The notes: generated by a model from the sequence alone, not told the origin. Counted from the first letter of the stretch, positions 43,620 to 52,931 are shown. The stretch: 61,698 nt of DNA from a bacterium (GCA_030700065.1 JAUYKH010000040.1:1-61698), one strand, 5' to 3'. Made by a program: numbers and translations.

Positions 43620-44469
43620 TCAAAAAATTTTAATCTGGTTTTTTCTTCTGGTCCTCTTTTTTGCCGCAGGCAGTTCGGTTCTGGCCTTGGGCATATATGA
43701 ATTCGGCTGGAGCGGGCCTTGGATGGCGTATATTCCCCTGCCGGCCGCCCTGGTTGACGGCCGCTTTATTACGCAAAGAGATGTTTTCCGCCGCGTGGGC
43801 GCTTATCAGACGCTGACAGGAGAACAAGCCGATAATCAAAGAAAAACAGTCGTTGAGAAACTGACTGAAGAAAAAATAATTGCCGATTTGGCAAAGAAGC
43901 GGGGAATTACCGTCAATGATCAGGAAGCCGAACAATATTACAGCTCGCTTTTGAACCGCTTCGGAATCAAAAGCGAAGATGCTTCAAATGAAATAAGGCA
44001 AAAATTTGGCTGGAGTCCCGAGGAATTCAGGCGCTATCTGGTTATTCCGGACCTTTTGGAAACAAAATTAAAAATATTATTTATGGCCGCGGCGGAAGAC
44101 GGTTCCGTTTTCCGGCAGATGCGGCTTATTGAAAACAGGATAGGGGCGGGACTTGATTTTATTGAAGCCGTAAAGCTTTATAGTGAAGATGAAGAAAGTA
44201 GATATATCGGCGGGGAAACGGGGTATCGCCGATTAAACGAGATCGAACCGTGGATTTTGGACGAGGTCAGAGCGCTAAAAAACGGCGAGGTGAGTGATAT
44301 AATTGTTTCCTCGAATGGGTATCACGTTATGCAAATGGTCGCGCGGGAGGGGAGCGGGGATGACGAACAGGTGCTCCTGCGGCAGATATTTATCAAAGGC
44401 CCAAGTTTTGAAGAATACTTAGAAAAAGAGAAGGAGAATCACAGGATTTATGTCTTCGGCAAGTTATAA
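43612..44469 (+). CDS. Parvulin-type peptidyl-prolyl isomerase (PpiC/SurA-like)
   Basis: C-terminal rotamase segment FIEAVKLYSEDEES...GG.TGY......EPW....V.ALK.GEVSDI...SNGYHVMQ. ATG 43612 is preferred as the start. Confidence 0.7.
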   Translation: MNSQKILIWFFLLVLFFAAGSSVLALGIYEFGWSGPWMAYIPLPAALVDGRFITQRDVFRRVGAYQTLTGEQADNQRKTVVEKLTEEKIIADLAKKRGITVNDQEAEQYYSSLLNRFGIKSEDASNEIRQKFGWSPEEFRRYLVIPDLLETKLKILFMAAAEDGSVFRQMRLIENRIGAGLDFIEAVKLYSEDEESRYIGGETGYRRLNEIEPWILDEVRALKNGEVSDIIVSSNGYHVMQMVAREGSGDDEQVLLRQIFIKGPSFEEYLEKEKENHRIYVFGKL

Positions 44470-44500
44470 TATAATGTCTTGAACAGCTAATAATTTTAGA

Positions 44501-44571
44501 GCGGGATTAGTACAGTGGTAGTACGCTTGCTTCCCAAGCAAGAGATGCGAGTTCGATTCTCGTATCCCGCT
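44501..44571 (+). tRNA. tRNA-Gly (anticodon CCC)
   Basis: Hand-folded cloverleaf. Acceptor GCGGGAT/ATCCCGC, D stem GTAC/GTAC, anticodon arm CTTGC-TTCCCAA-GCAAG, T arm GCGAG-TTCGATT-CTCGT, discriminator T. No CCA is encoded. Confidence 0.9.
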
Positions 44572-44615
44572 CCGAAATTGTTAGGGTTCGACCTGCCCGG
44601 TAGTTAAACAGCAGT

Positions 44616-44852
44616 TTATACTATCTGGGTTCCCGTTACCCGCTCCAAGATTAGAGATTCCGATTTTTGACCAGCCATTTCGTGGGCGGCGCACAGCGCC
44701 GCCCATTGATTTCGGGGGTTTCCGCGCGCCTCGCGGTTGGTCAAGACGAGGTTCGAGCCGAACACTTGTTCGGCAGCAACCTTTTTATTGAAAAGGTTGC
44801 TATCCCTTGCGGTTTTATCAAGAAAAGAAGCGACTTTTATCCATTCTGCCAT
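44616..44852 (-). pseudogene. Orphan 78-aa ORF; possibly the C-terminal remnant of a serine-recombinase-type integrase
   Basis: FGSNLVLTNREA...NQWAAL resembles, from memory, the C-terminal GSNL.L..K...PW..L region of large serine recombinases. It abuts tRNA-Gly and no catalytic domain is present. Confidence 0.3.
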
Positions 44853-44862
44853 CGGTTTGGCA

Positions 44863-44894
44863 TTGCAAAATTATCGGGGGGGGGGGGGTAAAAT
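44863..44894 (+). promoter_or_regulatory. Putative promoter TTGCAA-20 nt-TAAAAT whose spacer contains a G13 tract
   Basis: The -35 box is at 44863-44868, G13 at 44876-44888, and the -10 box at 44889-44894. It lies 45 nt upstream of ATG 44940. Confidence 0.4.
44876..44888. repeat. Homopolymeric G13 tract (intergenic)
   Basis: Counted directly from the sequence: five G at 44876-44880 plus eight G at 44881-44888. Confidence 0.95.
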
Positions 44895-44939
44895 ATAGTA
44901 AAGGTCTTAAAAACAATTATTAACTAACTAAAAGAATCT

Positions 44940-47342
44940 ATGAAAAAATTTAACAAGATTTCAACAGTTATATTAAGTCTTGCGCTTATACTTGGTATAA
45001 CTGGACCGACTACTACATTTGCGGCAACAGACCCGGGTCTGGATGCGGCACGTAGCTTTGCGGTTCTGGCCGGGTCGGGCATTGTCAGCACTAATCCCCC
45101 GCAAGTTATTGTCGGGGATGCCGGTTCAAGTCCAACCGTATCAAACGGTTTAACGAATGTTGAAGTAACCGGAACGAATTACCAAGCGAATGAACAAGCT
45201 GTAATTGATGCCAAAACCGATCTGGCTATTGCCTATGCCGATGCTTCTACTCAACCCCAGTCAGGTGCTGATATACCCTCAGATCTCGCTTCACAAACTC
45301 TGGTACCGGGAGTATATCATTCCGCTTCCGGGGTATTTGCGATATCGGGAGCGGGAGTTTTGACGCTTGATGGCGGCGGAGACCCGAATGCGGTTTTTAT
45401 TATCAAAGCAGATTCGACTCTTACTACAGCAGTCGGCAGTTCGGTTGTTCTTACGAATGGCACTCGTGCCAGCAATGTCTTTTGGACTGTCGGTTCTTCA
45501 GCGACTCTTGAAGGCACTACCTTTGTGGGAACTGTTATGGCTGTGGCTTCAATCACGGATAGTGGAGGTTCAATTGTTTCAGGAAGATTTTTGGCTGACG
45601 CCGATAATGATGGTACTGGCGCAGTTACATTAAACAATACAGAAATTACCGTCCCAACCAACCTTACGCTTAATAAAATCGTAGTTAATAATGATGGCGG
45701 CACAGATGTTGAAGCTGATTGGACTTTGACAGCTACCGGACCAACCACGATTTCCGGTCCCGGTGCTGCGGGCTCTACCGATGTAGTCAGCGGCGGTGAT
45801 TTTCTTTCCGGAGCATATACACTGTCTGAATCAGCCGGACCTGCCGGGTACACTGCTTCATCTTGGAGCTGTGTAAAAAATGGGGGCGCGCCGGTTACCG
45901 GTTCTTCAATTACACTTGCGACGGGTGATACCGCAACCTGTACTATCACCAATAACGATATCGCGCTCACAACCGCAACACTTAATGTCGTCAAAACAGT
46001 AATTAACAACAACGGTGGCACGGCAGTTGCTTCTGACTTTACTCTTAATGTTACTGGTACCAATGTTTCAAATCCTTCTTTTGCTGGTTCTGCATCGGGC
46101 GTAGATATTACGCTTGACGCTGGTTCTTACGCAGTAACAGAGCCAGTCGTCCCCACTGGCTATTTACAAACAGGTTCTGGTGATTGTTCGGGAACAATTT
46201 CGGCAGGTCAAACCAAAACTTGCACCATTACCAACGATGATATTGCGCCTCAACTTATCGTGAACAAAATCGTCATCAATGACAACGGCAGGACTAAGGT
46301 GATTGCCGACTTTCCGCTCTTTATTGACGGCGGTAGCGTAACATCGGGAGTTGCGAGCACAACCACCATAGGATTACACACGGTTTCTGAGACTTCTGAT
46401 TCCGTCTATACATCTGTTATCGGCGGCAATTGCGCCGCGGACGGTACGATTACTCTTGCGCTGGGCGATGTGAAAACCTGTACTATCACCAATGACGATA
46501 TAGTGCCCGTAGTTCCGCCCTCATCGGGTGGCGGCGGAGGTAGCGGTTCATACTATCCACCTGTCCCACCCCTCATTGACGTGGTGAAAGTACCAAGTTC
46601 TCTGGCACTGCCGAACGGTCCCGGCCCGGTAATGTATACCTACACGCTTCGCAATATCGGAACGGTTCCAGTAACTAATATAACAATGGTCGGTGATACT
46701 TGCAGTCCCATTGTACGCATTTCTGGCGACACGAATAGTGACAACAAACTTGATGTGACTGAAACATGGGTTTACACTTGCTCAACGACGCTATCTAAAA
46801 CTCACATGAACATCGTCACTACGATTGGATGGGCTAATGGCATAAGCGCAACTGATATTGCAAACGCTACGGTCATCGTCGGTATTCCAGTGGTGCCACC
46901 TTTGATTCACGTAACAAAAGTTCCAAGTCCGCTGACTTTACTAGCCGGAGGAGGAATGGTTACATACACAAATAAAGTCACCAACCCGGGGACGGTGCCA
47001 TTAAGCAATGTTCAACTCACTGATGATAAATGTGGTCCCGTAAAATATATTTCCGGCGACACAAATGGCAATGCAAAACTTGATATCACGGAAACATGGA
47101 CATACACCTGTCGGACGAAGCTCACTAAAACCACGGTAAATACCGTCACAGCGAGCGGCGAAGCTAATGGTCTGACGGCAAGAGATTTTGCGATTGCTAC
47201 TGTCGTTGTAGCCGCCCCAAAATTACCAAATACAGGGATTAGTCCTGACGAAAAAAGTATGCCTTGGAATATCGTCATACCGGCTGGCATCTTTGCGATT
47301 TCGATTTTCTTCTATCTTGCTCGAAGAAAACAAACAGTTTAG
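44940..47342 (+). CDS. LPXTG-anchored surface protein: ice-binding-like (DUF3494) N-domain, four Cys-bracketed beta-domain repeats and two further repeats
   Basis: Signal peptide. The segment AARSFAVLAGSGI...VFIIKADSTLT...SNVFWTVGSSATL is DUF3494-like. Repeats match L.VVK.V.NNNGGT....DF.L...G. The C-terminus is LPNTG, then a transmembrane helix, then RRK. Confidence 0.8.
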   Translation: MKKFNKISTVILSLALILGITGPTTTFAATDPGLDAARSFAVLAGSGIVSTNPPQVIVGDAGSSPTVSNGLTNVEVTGTNYQANEQAVIDAKTDLAIAYADASTQPQSGADIPSDLASQTLVPGVYHSASGVFAISGAGVLTLDGGGDPNAVFIIKADSTLTTAVGSSVVLTNGTRASNVFWTVGSSATLEGTTFVGTVMAVASITDSGGSIVSGRFLADADNDGTGAVTLNNTEITVPTNLTLNKIVVNNDGGTDVEADWTLTATGPTTISGPGAAGSTDVVSGGDFLSGAYTLSESAGPAGYTASSWSCVKNGGAPVTGSSITLATGDTATCTITNNDIALTTATLNVVKTVINNNGGTAVASDFTLNVTGTNVSNPSFAGSASGVDITLDAGSYAVTEPVVPTGYLQTGSGDCSGTISAGQTKTCTITNDDIAPQLIVNKIVINDNGRTKVIADFPLFIDGGSVTSGVASTTTIGLHTVSETSDSVYTSVIGGNCAADGTITLALGDVKTCTITNDDIVPVVPPSSGGGGGSGSYYPPVPPLIDVVKVPSSLALPNGPGPVMYTYTLRNIGTVPVTNITMVGDTCSPIVRISGDTNSDNKLDVTETWVYTCSTTLSKTHMNIVTTIGWANGISATDIANATVIVGIPVVPPLIHVTKVPSPLTLLAGGGMVTYTNKVTNPGTVPLSNVQLTDDKCGPVKYISGDTNGNAKLDITETWTYTCRTKLTKTTVNTVTASGEANGLTARDFAIATVVVAAPKLPNTGISPDEKSMPWNIVIPAGIFAISIFFYLARRKQTV

Positions 47343-47368
47343 TCTAAGCATTGAGAAGAATTAGTGAG

Positions 47369-47400
47369 CAAATGCCAAACAAGAGTTTGTCTGGCATTTG
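47369..47400 (+). terminator. Hairpin terminator after the LPXTG gene
   Basis: CAAATGCCAAACAA-GAG-TTTGTCTGGCATTTG, with 13 of 14 bp paired. The U-tail is weak. Confidence 0.5.
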
Positions 47401-47445
47401 TGGTTATAAATCCAATAGAGACCTTGCTCGCACTACAACAAAATT

Positions 47446-47691
47446 ATGACCAGTATAATGCAATCACAAATTTTCTTCTTTATTTCTTCAATAGGATTTG
47501 TCATTCTTGGAATTTTAGCCGCAATAATATTGATCTATATTCTATGGATACTCAATCTATTTACAAAGATTTTAAGAAGAATGGAAAAGGAGATTGATTC
47601 TGTCGGTGATGCGACCAAAGAAACAATTGAGGCGATACGAGAAAGCAATGTGTTTAGATTTCTGTTCAAAGGAAAAAGAAAGCACAAATAA
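47446..47691 (+). CDS. Small membrane protein (DUF948-like)
   Basis: N-terminal transmembrane helix followed by a charged coiled segment. The family call is tentative. Confidence 0.45.
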   Translation: MTSIMQSQIFFFISSIGFVILGILAAIILIYILWILNLFTKILRRMEKEIDSVGDATKETIEAIRESNVFRFLFKGKRKHK

Positions 47692-47752
47692 TTGTAAGGT
47701 GTATACTTAATGAACATGAGCGTGAAATTATCAATTTTAATTAAAAAACTAT

Positions 47753-48097
47753 ATGACAAAAAAGAAAATTGGAATGTCCGTCGGTAAGATTGCAGGAATA
47801 GGTGCTGGAGTGGCGGCTGTCGGCGCAGGGGCGTATTACCTTTTTGGGCCAAAAGGAAAAAAGCATCAGAAAAAAGCGAGCGCTTGGGCGGCAGAGATGA
47901 AAAGAGAAGTTGAGAAGGAGTTAAAAAAGATGAAAGGCGTTACGAAACCTCTTTATCAGGATGTGGTTGATGCCATTGCCAAAACCTACAGCAAAAAATA
48001 CAAGAATTATTCAGGCGAAATCAATGCTTTTGCCAAGAAGCTCAAAACTCGCCCTACTCTGAAAAAAGTAAAAAGTACCATCAAGAAAATTACTTGA
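47753..48097 (+). CDS. YtxH-like protein
   Basis: Gly-rich helix followed by LFGPKGKKHQKK, resembling the YtxH LFAPKSGKETR motif. Confidence 0.45.
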   Translation: MTKKKIGMSVGKIAGIGAGVAAVGAGAYYLFGPKGKKHQKKASAWAAEMKREVEKELKKMKGVTKPLYQDVVDAIAKTYSKKYKNYSGEINAFAKKLKTRPTLKKVKSTIKKIT

Positions 48098-48107
48098 TGC
48101 AAAGTTC

Positions 48108-48722
48108 ATGCAATCAAAAACCTTATCAAAACAAACACTATTATTAGTAGTTGTCCTTTCAGGATTAACTCTCTTTATCGCACTTCTTTTGTATTTTATT
48201 CCAAAAAATTCAGTTCAAAGTAGCTCGGCAATGCTTTTTGAAAATGTTGTCGCTCTTCCAAAACAAGAACAAGCAAGTGTTAAATTGCCGGTGCGTCTTA
48301 AAATTCCAAGTATAAATGTTGACGCTCCCGTTGAGTATGTAGGTCTTACATCCGACGGAGCAATGGATGTGCCAAAAGGCCCTGTTAATGTAGCGTGGTT
48401 TAACCTCGGACCACGTCCCGGGGAAACAGGCAGTTCTGTTATTGCCGGACACTATGGCTGGAAAAATAATATACCGGCAGTATTTGATAATTTACATAAA
48501 ATACGCAAAGGTGATAAAATCTATATTGAAAATGGAAAAGGAGCGATTATTACTTTTGTTGTGCGTGAAATTCGAACATACAGCAAAGATGAGGCCGCGC
48601 CAGATGTATTTGGATCAAGCGATGGTAAAGCGCACCTTAATCTCATCACTTGCACGGGAGTTTGGAATAAGGCGGAAAAAACTCGATCCGAGCGACTTAT
48701 AGTATTTACTGATAAAGAATAA
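48108..48722 (+). CDS. Sortase (class E/F-like transpeptidase)
   Basis: N-terminal transmembrane helix, VIAGH, LITCTG (TLxTC-type Cys) and the conserved Arg in ERLIVF. Confidence 0.8.
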   Translation: MQSKTLSKQTLLLVVVLSGLTLFIALLLYFIPKNSVQSSSAMLFENVVALPKQEQASVKLPVRLKIPSINVDAPVEYVGLTSDGAMDVPKGPVNVAWFNLGPRPGETGSSVIAGHYGWKNNIPAVFDNLHKIRKGDKIYIENGKGAIITFVVREIRTYSKDEAAPDVFGSSDGKAHLNLITCTGVWNKAEKTRSERLIVFTDKE

Positions 48723-49089
48723 TAAGAATATTTTCATTTGCAAAATCCCGTCGTTGAAAGCGAGGACGGCGCGGGATTCCTTCCCCCAACCCCCTTCCTC
48801 CCGCGCCGTCCGAGCGAAAAAAGAGGCCGCTCCCGCCGTCCTGCTCGTTTAGAGCAGAGCCAAGCAAATCACTCTTTTCCTTTTAGAAGAATTTTTTGGT
48901 GGCGCGCGCAAATCAGAAATCGTAAAGAGTATTTTGCTTGGCGGCGAGCGTTAGCGAGCGGCGGCGGGGCGGCTTCCATTGGTTAGGAATTTTTGATAAA
49001 GTGAGTTCGAGCGCAGTCGTAAATATACTCCAGAATCAAACAGACATTAGTTTTAGAATTTTTTTGATGGGCTTCCATTGTCGGAAAAC

Positions 49090-49119
49090 AAAAAGAGCGG
49101 TTTGTGCCGCTCTTTTTTT
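49090..49119. terminator. Bidirectional hairpin terminator
   Basis: AAAAAGAGCGG-TTTGTG-CCGCTCTTTTT. It is flanked by A/T runs on both strands and lies 10 nt from the stop of the minus-strand S8 gene. Confidence 0.7.
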
Positions 49120-49128
49120 CTTTCTTCC

Positions 49129-50946
49129 TTACTTATCGTATCCGTTGGGTGGTGTTGCGTCGTCCCAAATTAAACCGACCGCCGTTACCCCAGTTATCAC
49201 GGTTTCGTAGTGTCCGGATGGGGCATTTTTGTAACTGAATGTTACCACTCCGTTACTTCCGGTCGTGCCCGTGCCGCTTCCTACAACATTGCCGTTAAGT
49301 GTAAGGTTGATGGAAACCGAAGCATTGGCAACAGGATTTCCAAAGTCGTCAATCACCGCTATATGGATATTCAAGTGTTTGTCGCTATTTTTACCGCCTT
49401 CGGTTGTATAGGTGATTGAATTTACTATTGCGGTAGTGGGTTCGGACGGGGCAGGGCCGATTGACAAATTCGCCGTGCCGCTGCCGGAAACGCTTCTTGT
49501 ATCCGTGGCCGTTACCCCAACTGTATAATTGCCATCTGCCAAGCTGGAAATATCAAGATTGCCGGTATAAGTTCCCGGAGTGGCTGTTTCAGCAAAGCTG
49601 ACAGCTGTGGTAGTGACATTTACCGTTATAGTGAAGTCAGATGGACTCAAGCCGCTTATCGCATTGCCGTTTTCGTCTGCTATCGCCGCCGTTAATATAG
49701 CCGTGGTATCAATTCCACTTTCGTAGTTGGTCTTGTCCGTACTCAAATCAACATTTACTGCCGGGTCGGGCGGCTGTGGCGGTACAAGAGAAGCAATTGC
49801 GGCTGCGACATTAACCAATCCATAGCCGTAATGCGTGTCCTTTCCAGTCGCTCCAATATCATCAGCCGTAGAGTTGAGTATCGCTCTTACTTCGTCATTA
49901 TTGGTAACTCCGGCCGCAATCACAAGCGCGGCGGCACCGGCGACATGCGGAGAGGCCATTGAAGTACCGGTGAATTTAACATAACCGCCGCCAAGCTGGG
50001 TGGAGTTGATAGAAACGCCGGGCGCCGAAAGCTCTACCGCGACACCGGTGCTTGAAAAACACGGCCGTGAATCGCTTTTGTTCGTTGCGGCAACCGCCAT
50101 AACCGAATCATACCTCGCGGGGTATCCGACATTATTACCCTTGCCGGCGCAATTTCCGGAATTGCCGGCAGCTGCCGCGTGAAAAATCCCCGCGGCCGCC
50201 GAATTATCAAAAGCCGCTTTAACCGTAGCACCGGGATCTGATCCCGCCCCGTAACTATTATTTGTTACTTGCATCCCGTTATCTACCGCCCATTGAAGCG
50301 CGGCGATAATATTACTCCAATAACCCGATCCGCTTGAGTTGAGAACCTTAAGCGCATAGAGGCTTGCTAACGGAGCAACACCAACAACTCCAGTATCATT
50401 ATCTTCAGCCGCCACGGTCCCCGCGACATGCGTGCCGTGGCCATTGTCGTCCATAGGGTTGGCGTCGTTATTCACAAAGTCGTAGCCGCCCGTAAAATTC
50501 GCGTCCAAGTCAGGATGCGTGTAATCAATACCCGAATCAATAATGGCAACTTTCACGCCAACACCTTTGTTGTCGTCGTCGTGAACCGTCCCGGAGCCGA
50601 TCCTCTCAACGCCCCACGTATTATCCAATTCCACGTCAATGGCGTAAACGACTCCGTCGGGCTCAATGCTTGTGATATTGGGATTCCGCGAAAGTCCCGC
50701 AATCGCCGATTCGGGGATGCTTGCGGCAATTGCCGGCACAAGATGATAGCTGTGTTTAATAACACCGCCGTGGCTCTCTACCAACGCTTGCTCGCGCGAA
50801 CCCGGCGTTTGGTTAAAGATAATAAAAACATCAACTTTATTGTTCCCGGCGGCCTGAACTTGGGAGTTTGTCGATCCCACTACTCCGACAGCCGTTATAC
50901 CGAATACAACTCCTAAAATAAGCGAATACGATAGAATTTTTTTCAT
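49129..50946 (-). CDS. Secreted S8 (subtilisin-family) serine peptidase with C-terminal Ig-like domains
   Basis: Signal peptide. Catalytic triad motifs VAIIDSGID, HGTHVAGTVAA and GTSMASPHVAG. Confidence 0.85.
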   Translation of the reverse strand: MKKILSYSLILGVVFGITAVGVVGSTNSQVQAAGNNKVDVFIIFNQTPGSREQALVESHGGVIKHSYHLVPAIAASIPESAIAGLSRNPNITSIEPDGVVYAIDVELDNTWGVERIGSGTVHDDDNKGVGVKVAIIDSGIDYTHPDLDANFTGGYDFVNNDANPMDDNGHGTHVAGTVAAEDNDTGVVGVAPLASLYALKVLNSSGSGYWSNIIAALQWAVDNGMQVTNNSYGAGSDPGATVKAAFDNSAAAGIFHAAAAGNSGNCAGKGNNVGYPARYDSVMAVAATNKSDSRPCFSSTGVAVELSAPGVSINSTQLGGGYVKFTGTSMASPHVAGAAALVIAAGVTNNDEVRAILNSTADDIGATGKDTHYGYGLVNVAAAIASLVPPQPPDPAVNVDLSTDKTNYESGIDTTAILTAAIADENGNAISGLSPSDFTITVNVTTTAVSFAETATPGTYTGNLDISSLADGNYTVGVTATDTRSVSGSGTANLSIGPAPSEPTTAIVNSITYTTEGGKNSDKHLNIHIAVIDDFGNPVANASVSINLTLNGNVVGSGTGTTGSNGVVTFSYKNAPSGHYETVITGVTAVGLIWDDATPPNGYDK

Positions 50947-51069
50947 ATTGTTTGTTGTTATGTTTTTATAGTAGCAAGGGTATATAAAAAGTCAAACCCT
51001 CGGCTTTTTGAGTGTTTCCTGCAGGTGCAGAGCCAAGATTTGCGCGGTGTTTTTTATGAGCAGTCTGGT

Positions 51070-51828
51070 TTATTTCAACTCAAACGTTATCGATACGTTG
51101 ACTGTCACGTCCTGGGAACCCGGCTGGACAGGGGAGGTCCCGCCACCGGCGCCTCTGCCATAGACATCGGGCGCGCTAAGCTCATAAGGCATAGGGAGGT
51201 AAACATTGCCTTCATTGAAATTGATAACCTTGCCAAGTTTGACGCCGAGATTTGAGGCGAGGTCCTGCGCTTTTTGTTTGGCTTTATTTATCGCCTGTTC
51301 GCGCGCCTGCGCCTTGAGAGCGTCCGGATCGTCGATATAATATGAAACATTGTCGATTTGATTGATGCCTTTGCTGGTCAGGCCGCCGACCATGGAAGAA
51401 ACATCCTCAAGTTTTGAAACTTTTACACTCACGGTTTGGGTAAGATTATAACCAGAGATTGTTGGCGGTCTTGTTTCTCCGCTGACCGGATAGCCATAGT
51501 CATACTGGGGATAGAGGTTATAGCCGCTGGTTTTTATGTCCTCGTCCGCTATTCCTTTGGATTTCAAAAAATCAATGACAATTTTCATTTTGCTGTCGTT
51601 GTCTTCTTGAACTTTGCCGGCATCCTTGCCCTGCGTAACAACCGAGAATGACAACGACGCCCGGTCGGTCTTGGCCGTGACCTTTCCCTCGGCGGACATA
51701 GTGATGCTCCTTGTTTTGCTTATGTCAACAGAGGAACGCTTTTTTATCTCAAACCCCGCCAGAATTAATGCGGCCAGGATAAGTATGGCCGATAAGACGC
51801 CCAACAAATCCTTTATTCTCGGATTCAT
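51070..51828 (-). CDS. SIMPL-domain (DUF541) protein
   Basis: N-terminal transmembrane helix. SIMPL-like pattern (...A.LSFSV...G.DA..VQ..N...M..V...L...GI...DI.T..Y.L.P.Y). Confidence 0.65.
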   Translation of the reverse strand: MNPRIKDLLGVLSAILILAALILAGFEIKKRSSVDISKTRSITMSAEGKVTAKTDRASLSFSVVTQGKDAGKVQEDNDSKMKIVIDFLKSKGIADEDIKTSGYNLYPQYDYGYPVSGETRPPTISGYNLTQTVSVKVSKLEDVSSMVGGLTSKGINQIDNVSYYIDDPDALKAQAREQAINKAKQKAQDLASNLGVKLGKVINFNEGNVYLPMPYELSAPDVYGRGAGGGTSPVQPGSQDVTVNVSITFELK

Positions 51829-51852
51829 GCTTGTTTCCTTCCAATTTAATTT

Positions 51853-52275
51853 TTAACCTAATTCCTCGAAACGAATATCGTTTTCGTGGGTGAGAATAGC
51901 CAAAACTTTTTTGACCTCCAGCTCTGGAAATTTTTCTAGTATTCTCGTTTCCGCGTCTTTGAGGTCCGAGAAGTGTTTTTCCCGCTCTTCCCCATTGGAA
52001 TTAAAGGCCTTTCTGCCTCCGTACGCGCCGCAGTCCGTGTGATTCATCAGGATAACTTGTTTGATATCGTGGAGTGTTTTGCTTGTCTCAATTTGCTTCA
52101 TCAAAAACTCAGCGTCGCTAGGCTCGTTTGGCCCAACAATATTTTTTACCCCCCCTGCCACTGAAATAATATCAATGTCTCCGAGGAGCCCCTGATCCTC
52201 CAGGTATTTTTTTATCGCTTTGCCGAAACGGAAATCAATGCAGTGAATAATGAGCGCCTGGCAGGTATGTTGCAT
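51853..52275 (-). CDS. Small beta-carbonic-anhydrase-like protein (CxDxR / HxxC motifs)
   Basis: HCIDFR and NHTDCGAY parallel the beta-CA zinc ligand motifs (CxDxR, HxxC). It is 140 aa with a leaderless-type promoter. Confidence 0.4.
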   Translation of the reverse strand: MQHTCQALIIHCIDFRFGKAIKKYLEDQGLLGDIDIISVAGGVKNIVGPNEPSDAEFLMKQIETSKTLHDIKQVILMNHTDCGAYGGRKAFNSNGEEREKHFSDLKDAETRILEKFPELEVKKVLAILTHENDIRFEELG

Positions 52276-52292
52276 GCTTAAATATTAGCAAA

Positions 52293-52337
52293 AATGAAAA
52301 CGCCGCGCAATCTCCCCCCGTGGGAAATTGCGCGGCG
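52293..52337 (-). terminator. Rho-independent terminator (minus strand) between the two paralogues
   Basis: CGCCGCGCAAT/ATTGCGCGGCG perfect 11-bp stem. On the minus strand it is followed by TTTTCATTTTT. Confidence 0.7.
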
Positions 52338-52348
52338 CAGGACGAATC

Positions 52349-52822
52349 TCAAACGGCTACTGGCACCATTTCGTTTTGCGGCCGCGGCTTCACGGTGACA
52401 AACTCGACGCTCGTCGGGCGTTCCGCGGAGGCCCGCTCAAGCCTAGCCAGGCGGTGTTCGAAGGTAAGTCGCGGGTAAACCGCCCTGATGATTGCTTCAG
52501 ATTTCTCCATGTGTTTTTTATGGAGGGCTTCCTCCTTTTCCTTGGAAGGAAATTGACCAAAGGCTTTCTGATAGGCCCGGCAGTCAGTATGATTGAGGAC
52601 TATCACGTGTGTGGCACCGAGCTCCACCGCGAGATGAACTTGCCTCATAATGTAGCCGGTGTCAGAGTCGAGAGTCGGCGCGGCCAGGTCCTTGCACCCG
52701 CCGGCGGGATTGAAGCAAATTGCGGTTTTCTCTATCCCGAGTTCGGCGAGCAGTCCCATTACTATCGGTCGCAGATCGGGGTCGAAACAGTGCAGCACAA
52801 AGACTCGTTCTGTCGCTTCCAT
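52349..52822 (-). CDS. Divergent paralogue of the beta-CA-like protein
   Basis: It has HCFDPDLR, AGGCKD and NHTDCRAY. AAGGAGG lies 5 nt upstream of the ATG at 52822. Confidence 0.4.
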   Translation of the reverse strand: MEATERVFVLHCFDPDLRPIVMGLLAELGIEKTAICFNPAGGCKDLAAPTLDSDTGYIMRQVHLAVELGATHVIVLNHTDCRAYQKAFGQFPSKEKEEALHKKHMEKSEAIIRAVYPRLTFEHRLARLERASAERPTSVEFVTVKPRPQNEMVPVAV

Positions 52823-52877
52823 TAGCACCTCCTTGGAGTTGAATTCGATTACTGATTACTGGTGATAGTAGCAGTTA

Positions 52878-52906
52878 TTGCTTATTTTTGCAAGAGATTT
52901 TATGAT
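52878..52906 (+). promoter_or_regulatory. Sigma70-type promoter TTGCTT-17 nt-TATGAT for the tRNA unit
   Basis: The -35 box is at 52878-52883 and the -10 box at 52901-52906. It lies about 25 nt upstream of the tRNA-like 5' half. Confidence 0.5.
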
Positions 52907-52931
52907 ACTAATGAGGCCCGCCAATACCAGA

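Noticed and set aside
48738-49210. ORF-track ORFs 48738-48986 (82 aa) and 48938-49210 (90 aa)
   Set aside because: Their translations are Pro/Arg/Gly low-complexity strings from GC-rich repeat DNA. There is no RBS, and the second overlaps a terminator and the convergent protease gene.
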